Source: Octopus sinensis (taxonomy: Eukaryota). Taken from it: DNA of 64,000 nucleotides. Position 1 is the stretch's first letter. Each line of letters begins with the position of its first letter. Shown here in pieces: positions 26,930 to 39,284 of this stretch. The notes under the pieces are model-generated. The model made no database searches. It was not told the DNA's origin and saw only the letters and a program-made list of their open reading frames with translations. Position numbers and translations under genes: made by a program. Where the stretch lies: contig NC_043016.1 of the NCBI RefSeq assembly GCF_006345805.1, positions 27,962,001 to 28,026,000 of the forward strand, given 5' to 3'.

Positions 26930-27835
26930 GGTGGATGCTCTGAGAAAGTAACTGGGAGAACAAGAATAGCTCATGCCCCTGTTGACAACAAAGAGCCGAA
27001 AGGCAAACTGTATGATGCCTGTATGAAAACAGCTATGCTACATAACAGTGAAACATGGGCTGTGACCACTGAGGACATGCATAAGCTTGAAAGAAATGAA
27101 GCTAGCATGCTTCACTGGATGTGCAATGTATGACAGTATAAATGCTTTGACAGAAAAATTGGGCATAAGAGGCATCAGATGTGGTATGCGAGAGAGACGA
27201 CTGCACTGGTATGGTCTTATGATGCATATGGATAAGGACAGCTGTGTAAAGAAGTGCCAATCTCTAACTGGAGGGAACTTGTGGAAGAGATAGACCAAGG
27301 AAGATATGAAATGAGGTGGTGAAGCATGGTCTTTGAATGTTGGGCCTCATGGAGGCAATAACAAGTAACCAAGACCTTTGGCGATATGCTATGCTTGAGA
27401 CGTGTCAAGCTAAGTGAAATTATAGTCGTGGCCGATGCCAGTACCATGTCAATGGCACTTGTGCTGGTGTCTCATAAATGCACCTTTTGAATATTGGGGT
27501 TCATGGAGGCAATGTGGCTGATGCTGGTGTCATGTGACTAGCACTCTGCCAGTGGCATGTAAAAGGCATTCAAGCATCGGGCCTCACAGAGGCAATGACA
27601 AATGACCAAGACCTTTGGCAATATGCCATGCTTGAGAAGAAAACATCAAGCCAAGTTAAGTTATAGTTGTGGGAGCACAGGTGGCATGCAAAAGCACCAT
27701 TACATTCTCGGAGTGGTTGGCATTAGGAAGGGCATCCAGCTGTAGAAACCATGTCAAGTCAGACTGTCTGGTGCAGCCCTGGTCAAACCGTCCAACCTCT
27801 GCCAGCATAGACAATGGACATTAAATGATGATGAC
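26930..27835 (+). mobile_element. RTE LINE 3' fragment
   Basis: KGKLYDACMKTAMLHNSETWAVTTEDMHKLERNEASMLHWMCNV, then repeated 3'UTR and (TGA)n tail. Confidence 0.85.
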
Positions 27836-28964
27836 TTGCACTCATAGTCATTGACTGGAGATGGTAATAATCTTGTCACTTGCTCCAGCTGAAACACACA
27901 GGCAGCAATAATGCTACCAAGAAATGTCAGGTTCTTTTGTCCCACATAATAGAAACCTTCCCCCTTCCATTATCTTAGCTGTAACACCATTAAACAGAGC
28001 CAGCTGGAATCAATCACCCATCATTTGCACTCATCACTCATGCACAATGTAAGGAATGTAATATAAAACACTGGACATAATTGGTATGCAGCTTTACAGC
28101 CAAGTGTGAAAAATATGTTGTCTTTTTTTAAGGTACAGTAAAGGATTGACATGTTCTTGAATACAGTACTATGTTTTGCTACATGCTGAAGTTTGCTCAC
28201 AAATCACTGCTTTGCTATTCCTCTGTACAATACCAACTAGATAGGATGATCTTTGTATATATTTACAACATTCCTCCAAAAATATTATATACTGCTTTTC
28301 CAGTGACTAATCCTTATTTAGGCACTACCCATTGTCCTTAATCCATATTGACTTCGCATGCTTGTGTCATAGGCCGTGCATTAATTTACTATGACTGCTT
28401 CTAAATCAATCTGCGCTCTCTACTAATTCACTCCATTCAAAAATATGACACTGGAATTTCTTACCTTTCTTACCTTCCATATGGAAAATAATCAAATGGG
28501 GCATTTCACTTAGCAAGGATTTCAAGACTTTATTTACATATCTTCTGGTAACCAGTATTAGTGGCCATATTAATATTTTACTATGCTTATCAAAACACCT
28601 TACATTATAGCACATGCTATTACAATATTTTTCTTTTAATTGTAATTATAGCAACATGTTTTATTTGGAAACATGACATATGATAATAGATTGCATAATT
28701 GTAAAAGAACTGAAATAGCTGGCTGACAGAAATTATTGGTAATTCTTTTGAACTTGTCTTCTGGGAGGAAGTAAAGAAATTTCAGTATCTACAGTAGTTC
28801 ATCTTGTTAAAAATAGAAATAGTCAATGAGAGGGAAAACACAAAAATTAAGAGCTTTTTAAAACCAGCAAATATTCATGAATGCATATATATATACTGTT
28901 GTGTCTGGGGAGGGTCATTCTCTTTTAGTGCCTTATTATTTAACACACTCACCAGTAGAATAAG

Positions 28965-29740
28965 TATCTGGACTATTGCCATAGCAACAAAACTAAAGCA
29001 TGTAGAGTAAAACACCCAAGTTTTACTGTTCTAGCTTACTTCCACTATTTATAGCAGTGCTTGGAAGGAAGATGTGTAACATGTGATCATTGCATTGACC
29101 ATGACAAAGAAAGTTGAGCAGAGAATCCAGATCACATTTTGCCAAAAGTCTGGCGATACCTGCTCAGAGACCTATGCAAAGTTTCCAAAAAGCTTTCATC
29201 GTTCACAATCAAGGAAATCTTGTGCAACTGAAACCCAAGTGTCTTCTTGATCAGCTGAAAGCAGTTTTGGCAGACATGCATCTCATACCCAAATCTTCAG
29301 TGATAACTAATCTGCACATCCTCTGATAACTCACGGGTGGGGATTTGACGATTTCCTGTCACAGTTGCACACACATTTGCAATGTTTTTCTCAGTTCTGG
29401 ATCTCTGAGAACGTTCATTAATATCGGCATTTTTGTGGCCATCTTGGAAATGTCTGAACCACTCGTACACTTGTATGCGGTTCATACACCCCTCTTCATA
29501 CACTTTTTGCAACTTTGCATAGGCCTCTGAGCAGGTATCACCATGACAAGCTTCTCTGTCATGGTTAATGCAATGATCACATGCTACACACCTTCCTTCC
29601 AAGCACTGCTGTAAACAGAAGTGAGCAAAGAACGTTAAAACATAGTGCACATGCACAGCAGAGTTCAAGAACAATCTTTGCTGAGCAACTTTACTCTGCT
29701 TGCTTTAGCTTTGTTACTATGGCAACAGCCTGGACACTTA
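28965..29740 (-). mobile_element. Rearranged mariner remnant with inverted duplication of its 5' part
   Basis: Minus ORF with QVYEWFRHFQDG..RSRTEKNIANV (mariner HTH); 28965-29192 is an inverted copy of 29503-29737. Confidence 0.75.
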
Positions 29741-29764
29741 TTGATCAGACCTCATCAAAATTGA

Positions 29765-30310
29765 ACCAATCCTATGACTGGCACCTGGCAGTTGCCAGGA
29801 CCGCTGGACTGACTCCTGTGCAGGTGGCAAGTGAAGAAATACCATTTCGACCCTGTGCTTGAGGAGATCCATTGAGTCAAGTACACCAACATCAAAATCA
29901 ATGGAAACTGCAGTTGTGATCCCTGTGCTGGTGGCAAGTAAAAAGCACCATCTGAACGTGGCCGATGCCAGCGCCACCTAGACTGGCTTCCATGCCAGTG
30001 GCATGTAAAAAGCACCATCCAAATCGTGGCCAATGCCAGCACCGCCTTGACTGGCTTCCATGCCGATGGCACATAATATGCACCAATCCGATCGTGGCCG
30101 TTGCCAGTCTCGCCTGGCACCTGTACTGGTGGCACATAGAAAGCACCCACTACACTCACGGAGTGGTTGGCGTTAGGAAGGGCATCCAGCTGTAGAAACT
30201 CTGCCAGATCAGACTGGAGCCTGGTCCAGCCTTCTGGCTTCCCAGATCCCTGGTCGAAATGTCCAACCCAGGCTAGCATGGAGAACGGACATTAAATGAT
30301 GATGATGATA
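29765..30310 (+). mobile_element. Young RTE 3'UTR copy ending in (TGA)n then (TA)n
   Basis: Highly similar, inverted, to 42216-42550; same tail family as 27.7k, 43.8k, 61.4k and 62.3k. Confidence 0.8.
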
Positions 30311-30547
30311 TATATATATATATATATATATAGCAATAATAATTCTCTAAAAGAGATATAGACAGTAACTGCTCGATAACATAAGGGACTAAAGCCATCT
30401 GAATATGGCTAGGGACAGGGCAGGGTGGTGGGGTGTTACTGTTGCATTTAGCCCCAGGCGAACATCGATGTCACCAGATAGGCCCGACACCGTCACGGTG
30501 TCCTTTAACCTGCAAAGGGAGGTAATTCCCCGATGAAGCGGAAACCA

Positions 30548-30593
30548 CACACGGACCATGGTTTCAAGGTGTATTGCCTATCGTTGGCGTGTG
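30548..30593 (-). ncRNA. Hammerhead ribozyme mirror copy with G5A core change (probably inactive)
   Basis: Minus strand reads CACACG-CCAACGA-TAGG CAATACA CCTT-GAAA-CCATGG-TC-CGTGTG. Confidence 0.6.
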
Positions 30594-30741
30594 GTAGGCT
30601 TCCGCTTCCTCGACGAACACTCACTCTGCAGGATATTATTGCTTTCGAACAGATTTTCGAAATCAGCAAATGTATTTTGCTTGAAAATCTATATATGAAT
30701 ATCCTGCAGAGTGAGTGTTCGTCGAGGAAGCGGAAGCCTAC

Positions 30742-30787
30742 CACACGCCGACGATAGGCAATACACCTTGAAACCATGGTCCGTGTG
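30742..30787 (+). ncRNA. Minimal type I hammerhead ribozyme (GUC, predicted cut after 30781)
   Basis: Stem I CACACG/CGTGTG, core CCGACGA (U4C), stem II AGG/CCT, GAAA, palindromic stem III ACCATGGT. Confidence 0.75.
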
Positions 30788-31421
30788 TGGTTTCCGCTTC
30801 ATCGGGGAATTACCTCCCTTTGCAGGTTAAAGGACACCGTGACGGTGTCGGGCCTATCTGGTGACGTCGATGTTCGCCTGGGGCTAAATGCAACAGTAAC
30901 ACCCCCACCACCCTGCCCTGTCCCTAGCCATATTCAGATGGCTTTAGTCCCTTATGTTATATATATATATACGTACACACACCACCTGCGTTTATACTAT
31001 GTGTCTGTACATTTAAGAAGATATATCTTGAATACAAAGCATAACTTCCAAGTTAGTTATATTTTACATACATTCAACTTGTGTAAATAAAGAAATGTTT
31101 TTATTTTAAGCAATTAATTTTATAGCAAGATGTTTTTCCAACAGCCACCTTTGGAAATGTTAAGAACCTGTAAGGTTGGGTTACTTTGGATGCCGGGTTA
31201 TGTACCTTACTTAAGATCCCAGTTTCAGTTGGCCTCTATCTCAACATCACAGTTACAACTCCTTTGATTTGGGCATCACAACAACGTGAATGTCTCCACA
31301 AGGGGAAGAACTTAAGCTTTATTTTTATGGTGATGAAGGATCTTTCAACAGACAACAATATGCAGATGGACTGAGGTAATGGAAAATAAAGTGTACTAGA
31401 TGTAAAACAAGGAAACACTTA

Positions 31422-31708
31422 CTCTTTTACTTGTTTCAGTCATTTGACTGCGGCCATGCTGGAGCACCGCCTTTAGTCGAGCAACTCGACCCCGGGACTT
31501 ATTCTTTTTGTAAGCTCAGTACTTATTCTATCGGTCTCTTTTTGCCGAACCGCTAAGTGACGGGGACGTAAACACACCAGTATTGGTTGTCAAGCAATGC
31601 AAGGAGAACAAACACAGACACACATACATATATATATATACATATATACGACAGGCTTCTTTCAGTTTCCGTCTACCAAATCCACTCACAAGGCATTGGT
31701 CGGCCCGA
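31422..31708 (-). mobile_element. SINE family A, 5'-truncated
   Basis: Reverse complement of the 26144/56387 body. Confidence 0.85.
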
Positions 31709-32049
31709 CAACTTATCCAATTATCTAATACCATATTCATTCAGAAATATTTTTATTCCTACTTGGCATCGTCTACTGATTCTACTTTAATGAAACCAGT
31801 TACTTGGAGACTAGTTCAACTGATTCTTTAATATTGTGGAATGAATGAATCACATTTCAGAATTTGATTGGAACATTTAAAACAATGTTTGTACTTCTTG
31901 ATTCGAACAAATTATGTTCTATTTATACTATATATATGACAAGTGGCCTGCTTGGGACTAATTGTTCCTGTCTCAGAGGAGTTTCCTTTCAAGCAACTAT
32001 AAGACAGATTATCTCCAAAGACATGGACATATATTTGTAGACAGTCTTG

Positions 32050-33500
32050 AGATTTTTTAACTTTGGCTCAAAGCAATGACAAAAATTTAGGCCATTACAA
32101 ATTTCTGTGGCCTTTGTCCCTTTTAAGATCACTGGTAGTGTCTGAGATTAGCCACCTGATATCATCAATGTTACTCTTCTAATTCAATATCTCTTGTCAC
32201 ACAACTTCTGCAATGTCTAGCATCTCCAGAGCTCTCTTGCATGCCGCTATGCATGTGTCCCAGATTATCTAGCTTCTCTTAAAAAACTCCAGTTCCCGAT
32301 TCTTGACAAAGTTGTAAACAGGTGCTTCATTTGTGTTCAGTAAGAGGAGTTTGACAGTGAAATGTATGATCTCTCCCCATATTTCCAGTAAAGTGCAATA
32401 ACTTTGCATTTATGTTGACACTTTGACAAACAATGAATTGATTAAGAATGCTATTCCAATTCCATCAGTGAGTGGAACTGTGTCAAAAATAAGAGATTAG
32501 CTTGTTATCTAGTCCACAGCAAATTTGGGTTTAGCTTCATTATAATCATTCATGTTTCTCTCAAAATGTCAGGTGCTAGATTATTAATTTCAGTGGGATT
32601 AAGTTAATGGAGGTCATATTCTTACTGCCAATGATGGCAACACTGAAAATTTTACCTGGGTACAGATGTCAGGAAACATCCATTAAATTAATGTTTGAAA
32701 CCTTTAGGTAGGTCAACACAATTGAGCTATAACTCAACTGGATTGGATGGTTCACAATATCTTATTAGCATGGTGAAAAGAACTCTAAAGCTGACTGTTG
32801 CACTCCACTGGATTTCATCATTGTGCAACAATCCAAATATCAAACATGTCTCCTTGTAATTGCTGCAAACTTTGCCATTGACTATTTCAAGAGATTGAAA
32901 TAAACTTGTATCTGAAACTTCAAGAAGTTCATATTGATTGGCATATACAGCACAGTCTTCCAATGCTGCTATGAAACACTATATCAACAGGAGCACCTTG
33001 CTTTCCTCCTCTGTATTTCTTGTCATTCCATGTATAATAGAACAGAATCCAATGATAAAACAATGCTTTTGCTGAGGTATCACAGTAAATTTGATAAAGT
33101 ACAAAGTGTTGTGTCTCTTGGATATGGGACAGTGAGAGGAGAAAGTCTTAGGTGAAAGCTTACTTATTTTGTATTTCTTGTCATTTCATGTATAATAGAA
33201 CAGAATCTGATGATAAAACAATGCTTTTGCTGAGGTATCACAGTAAATTTGATAAAGTACAAAATGTTGTGTCTCTTGGATATGGGACAATGAGATGAGA
33301 AAATGTCTTAGGTGAAAGCTTATTTATTTTGGAGGAAAAGTTGTTGTGGCAGGGTATAAGAAACAGATGAATACATAACTTATCAATAGGTGACTAGTTG
33401 TTGTGTTAGTCAGTAAAAATGTCCTTGATAGTATGTTCTGTACTCATGTAGGTTTCTCCTGTCATTTACATGAAGTCGGGAACTGTTCAGAAAATGTTTA
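32050..33500 (-). mobile_element. Helitron RepHel fossil (linker and PIF1 helicase motifs)
   Basis: Minus frames: SLFQSLEIVNGKVCSNYKETCLIFGLL..RVLFTMLIRYCEPSNPVEL; degenerate Walker A (DGIGIAFLIN); IIWDTCIAACKRALEMLD; GG*SQTLPVILKGTKA. Confidence 0.7.
33013..33330 (+). repeat. Tandem duplication, two units of about 158 bp
   Basis: 33013-33170 and 33171-33330 are about 93% identical by eye. Confidence 0.9.
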
Positions 33501-36500
33501 CATGACATCAACATAATGTAATTTAAGGATTCATAGAATAACTTTTGATAGGAATGTATTATGTTTAAAAGATCTTTAAGAATCCAAAATATGACAACTG
33601 AGTAGTAATTTAAGTGAGAAAGGTAAATTTTGTAGAAAGAGATGTAATATGGTTCAAGGATCATTTTTATTTCGGTTACATTTGATTTAGTAAGGTCACA
33701 CAAGATGGTAAATTTTCTCAACTGAGAAATTCTCAAATTAAAATATAAAAAAATCAATTTGTGATACAAAATAGTAATGATTCAGTACAGACCCTGGCTT
33801 GAGATATGTAAAATAACATATGCAGAAAGACTTAGGATTTCAGGTGTTTTCGAACTAATCATTTATGGTAATTCTAAGTATCTGAATCAGAGAGGATATA
33901 TCACAATGCAAACATTTTTCTTGGCTCTTGTACACCTCTCAGTCTGTTGCAGAAATCGAAGCTTAAGTAATCTTAAAGTTTCTGCAACAATTTGTTCCAT
34001 CTTCTACATATTATTAATCAAAACTCCTAAATATGCTTGATCTCTTTCACAATTAAACTACCATTGTCTCTGCAACGACACCATACAATGTTCCCTCATT
34101 TCTAGAATACTATAATATGTCAAGTCCTCCAACACAACAGAACTCTACTAGTTTTCCTACTTTAACACTCACTGAAAAACACACTTCATTCCTAACCTGT
34201 CCAAGTAATTAAGTGAATGATGCCATCTTAATGTCTTCACACACCACACACAATGAAACCCTGACTACCCAAATCTATAAATAGACATAAATACTGAAAG
34301 TTTCAAAGTTGTTATAAATTGTGATGATTTCACAAAGATATTGAGTCCCATAAAATAATTGTTTGGGTGTCAGAAACATTCCCACTATAGTCAGCTAGGG
34401 ACTCTCTCCAAACTCAACACCTGCAGGAAAAAACAAAAATCATAAATCAGTGTCTTCCAGACTACAGCTTTTGGTTCAATGCCCAAAGAATTTCTACTAG
34501 CTTTGTGTCACCTTAACCAACACTCTGTAATCATAATAGCCTAGCCATCACTATTTAACCATGGTAGTATCATGTGAAGTATTCTGTAGAAGCTTGAACA
34601 TTTGCATCTAGCTCCAAACTGCACAAATGCAGTAATACTATCAAAACTTTCTCCACTCCACCTGTCTTGCTATGATGTATACATATACACACCAAGCATG
34701 AAATCACCTTGTCACTTCAAACTAAGAAGGCTACCAAGTTTGATAATGTTCCTTTCATTACCTTAATCATTCATCATCATTGTTCGACCGTGGTCGAGAC
34801 AATGGAATTTACCATGCTACGCCAGACTTCACGGTCCATCATTACCTTAAAAGAATGCACCCTAAAGTTAATCTCTACAGGAATAGTATTCCATTCTTAG
34901 CTATCTACTGTTACATTTTCAAGATGTCAAGGATGATGACAGAATTCATAATCACTCCTACTCTTTCTTCAGTTACCACATGATTTTTGCAGACATTAAT
35001 TGGGTCCTACTACTCCTTCTTCCTCTCTCCTGTAAAGTGTTAATATCTGGTATATGAATCTTGCAGCTAAGCCATCTACCTACAGACTTCATTTGAGTAG
35101 CACATTATTCAAGACTATGTTGATGAAACTCACTATACTTCAGCAGAGTCCTGTTTCAAGCATTTAGGCCAAGTTGCTGGTTTGAGGATACCTTCGTCCT
35201 TTTTCTCTCTTCTTGAGTATATTAATGAACAGCTTACAGTCTCCTAATGGTAGTCACCTCTATGAAGATACTACTCCTTTCTGTTTTTTAATCATCATAC
35301 AAGTATCATTCTTATGTAGCTTCAACACTTCACTCAAGAAAAATCATTTTCTAATGAGAGTCACTTCAAGCTTGCCTCCTTTGTCAGCATAATCACTACA
35401 TCAATCAGAGAAACAGTCTTGACTTGCACTTCTCTTAGAAATGTATGACATACATTAAAAGTATCATGTTTGCTATCAATTCTGATCTTCACCATCACTG
35501 ACTATCTCTTCTGGTGATGTTTTGTTTATTATAGAAAAGAACTCAATCATGAAGAACTCCTCTTTCTCAGATGAAATGGAATACTACTGCTGCAATACAC
35601 ATACAGGATTAGCAAGGTGATTCCTTACCAAAAGGACCTCTAGCAACTTTGTGGGATCTTCCTTTCCTTCAGCTTTTAACTATGATTGTTATGCAAGTAG
35701 CATTCCTGCAGAGCAACTTTTATATTCACATCATCATCATCATTTAATGCTGGCATAGGTTGGACAGTCTGACCAGTTGAAGAGCTGCCCAAGTTCCACA
35801 TCTGTTTTAGCATGATAAGTGACTTTCTTGTTGGACGTGGAAGACATGAAATTATTTCAAAATTAGAATATCAGAGGTGGTGGTAGAGTAATCTAGAAAT
35901 TACCTTGAAAAGTGTGGTATGGCATCGATGTACCGTTTGCTGTGGTTTACGTATCCAAATGAGTCAGGTCTGCCATGTTATTCTGAAGCGGCCATTGTGT
36001 TCTTAACGTTGGGCATCACCATTTTATAGTGGAGTGGCTATCGTGTTCTTAATGTTGGAAGTCACCATTTTATATTGGTGTCAGGGTTATCCATTTTTGG
36101 TGGTAATATTGACTTAATGACACACTATAATAATTTAGTCAGTATGAGAGAAAAGAGAGTCACTGTTTTTGCTCATAACAAGAGAATAAAATTCACGAGA
36201 CGCTTGTAATAAGTCATAACTTTTATTGTTGGAGGTAATGCATTAACATACAAGGTTATTTGAAGGAAGCTTATAACATTACATGAATATGTTCTGGTTG
36301 CAGTCACATATCTCCAAGTAAGAAAGGCTATCAGGAGCACGGGTGTGTGTAAAGTGCGGCAGCCTGACCCAATGCATGTTGAAGAACCAACAGGCACTGA
36401 ATGGCGCAAATTTAGAATTTCTTTCCTGTATATAAGGGACGGAAGTCCCAGACTTCCACATAAAACCGGAAGCTTCCAGACAGGTCTCAAATATTCTAGA

Positions 36501-39029
36501 AGCTCGAGGGTGATTATTCTCGCTACATCCCTTTTCCGTTTTGCTTCCCGTCATAGCCACCATACAACAGCTTTAGCCCAATTTATGGAGAACTGACTTC
36601 CTATATCACTCACCAATAAACTGTAACTCTTGAGAAATTTGATGGAAGGTGTTGTTGTCAACACTAGCAAAACTTTTCACCATGAAGAAGTTTCCAGTAA
36701 AAAACTTGCCTTCGGACTGCATGTCTGATGTCTCTTGGATCAGTGGCTTCTGGTCAGATTGCATTGTCACCATGTAATGATGGAGATCTCTCTCACCTAC
36801 ATAGTATGAACTCTGATGCACATTAAGGTGTTTGTCAATCATACTCTTCACTTCTATACATCAAACTACATGTTTCACAACTATACAATATAACACTTTA
36901 TCCTTCCTTCAACATCCAAATGTCATCTCTATGCAAAATAGACGTCTGAAGCCAAACTTACACTTACTCCATGAGTAGACACCTTGAAAACCTGCATTAA
37001 TCACGTCTTCAATAGCACAGAAACACAGTCACTACACTTATCATAAAAAAACAACAGCATGTTATTACCTTCCTCCCTATTAAACTAGAACTTACAACCT
37101 CATTACAAATGGGCTTCACTGTCATTGAGTCTCTCCTGATCTCACATCCTTCAACTAACAGAAAATATTCAGACCCCATCCCCAACAAAGACCCACAATG
37201 GGGAACTGTTCCTACATCAAGGATGTTATTTTTGCTACACAACACAGGCATCTTAGACCACATCCAAAGAAGCTCAACACATACCAACAGGCCCACATAC
37301 GAGTTGACTCCCTTGCCTTTTGTACTGATAGTATACATGTTTGTTATTAAGGGCTAGCTGGTCTGACAACTTCCACTCTGGTACTCATCTCATCATGCAT
37401 ATTATACTTCCTCACCTAGGTACCACTCCGCCCAGTCCTACCTCATTACCATGTTTGTCCTGTAGCTGTCAGCTTGCAAATACCTAAGGATAACATTCCC
37501 TCTTGTCAGTCACTGCGGCCCTGTCAAATACTTGGACACAACAGTTCCTCCAGACCCCAAAAAAACTCACTCCAAAGAGGATACATCTGATACACAGATG
37601 TATCCGCTTCACTCGACCTTTCTTAACCGTTACTATAGAGGCTGCTACTCTTCAAATCTTTGCACCCTTCTATTATTTTCTCCTTTCAAACCTAGTGCTA
37701 ACAACTTACAAGTTAAGCAATGCATGGACCACATAAATCTCAACAGATACTGGATATCAACAACTCTCTCCTTTCTTCTCAAATCATTCAAAACAAAACA
37801 CAAATTAGTTTATACAGTTATGGCTTTAGTTGCAACACTAACAGAAACTTGTAGAGTGTCTCCCAAAATAGCACGAGAAATGTAATGACGATAATTTTGA
37901 TATACGCTAGGTGAATTGCCATGAAGATCTCGTTTCAGGTTAATGTAGTATATCAGACACTATCTATCATATATACGAGGATCCATATTTCCTGATTCCT
38001 GTCACCTTAAAGTAACACAATCTTTATTCAAGATGCAACATACATAGCTTCAGTATAAACCCTCACAATGTACATTTTCTCTAAATTTTGTAGTATAACT
38101 TCTCTGCAAGATAGTTATTCCGATGTGACATGTTATTATCAACTCGAGTATTTATATATTAAGAATTTGGAGAAGGAACATTCATAACTTGGCTTCTGAA
38201 CCTGACTAAGAAAGGACAGCCCTCATGGAAAGATTAACGAATTCACACCTAAAACAACCTGTATACGTGAAAGGACTATGAGAATCTTCAAGTCAACAGA
38301 GATAGTCATATAAGTATTTCCCCTCTCATCATACTATATACACACATAGAAAATTGGCGGTTTTGTGTTTATCAAACGAAGAACGAGACGCTATGCTGTA
38401 GAACAAAGCTCTCCCACCATGGCCATCTAGCTTGGAGAAACGATTATAAACGATGATTATAGATATTTATAGTTACGCGGCTTCCAGTTCTTCATTTTTT
38501 TTTTGTTCATTGACGACATTGAACCTACACTTTCTTACATGAAACAAACTAAAATACGAAAACATCAACTAAGAACATAAGGCATTATTCCTCCGAACTT
38601 CCGTTCTTTTCATTCTCCCCCTTCGACCTCAATCTCTCTGCCTTTCTTAATTTTCCAACCCCAATGTTATGTCTATTAAATTCTAATACCCGCTACTCTA
38701 CGTTCCCTCTCTTTATCTTTCCTTCCTTTCTATCTCTCTCCTCCTCCGTCTTTCACTTTTCTCTTCTTTTCCCGCCCGCTTGTCAATATCTCCTCCTCCT
38801 TATCTTTCTGTTTCTTTTTCTTTGTTTCTTTTTTTTCCTTTCCTTCTCCACTCTTCCTTATCTCTCACGCACCTTTCACTCCTTCTACTCTCTCTTCCTT
38901 TTCCTCTTTCAATCTTTGTATCTGTGTTCCTTCCTCACTCTTCCCTATTACACCACACCTTCTCTGTATCACACTCTTTCTCTCTCTGTCCTTACCCACC
39001 TCCCAGTGACACTTTCTGTGTATATCTGT

Positions 39030-39041
39030 GAAAATGGCGGC
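39030..39041 (+). promoter_or_regulatory. YY1/TISU-like element GAAAATGGCGGC at the probable HIRA 5' end
   Basis: Matches the AANATGGCG YY1 consensus; local CpG enrichment; about 210 nt upstream of the HIRA ATG. Confidence 0.6.
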
Positions 39042-39247
39042 AGCTCAGTAAAAACAACAACTTCCCGTGCTGGTGTAGAACGGATCTGGGGGAAACAGAT
39101 CAGCGGCGAAAACGAGCGGAAACTCCTTACAACAATATATAAACGCCGAAAGCAATAATATTAACAATTTCACAGATTAATTGTTAACGTTTATAATATA
39201 TTTTAATGTAGATTTCCCCTATAGAAGGTATTAAAATAAGATAGAAA

Positions 39248-39284
39248 ATGAGGCTTCTGAAACCAAGCTGGGTAACATTGGATG
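39248..39284 (+). CDS. HIRA: HIRA exon 1: MRLLKPSWVTLD
   Basis: Matches the HIRA N-terminus MKLLKPTWV; gtaggt donor, phase 1. Confidence 0.92.

Larger units (their letters stand above)
30376..30960. mobile_element. GC-rich fold-back palindrome (arms 30376-30637 and 30698-30960), Penelope-like terminal repeat remnant
   Basis: Arms differ by 2 substitutions and 1 indel over about 262 bp; 60-nt spacer; flanked by (TA)n; hammerhead motif in each arm. Confidence 0.85.

Noticed and set aside
30530-30566. CCGATGA-AGCG-GAAA-CCA..TGGTT on the + strand of the left arm
   Set aside because: No stem II, and GAAA would pair fully with TTTC. It is explained as the antisense of the extended stem I of the real motif.
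30505-31090. ORFs of 74-104 aa over the palindrome
   Set aside because: Mirror-image frames with no homology features; by-product of the GC-rich inverted repeat.
38664-39158. 164-aa ORF upstream of HIRA
   Set aside because: Low-complexity CT-rich promoter sequence giving F/L/S-rich text.
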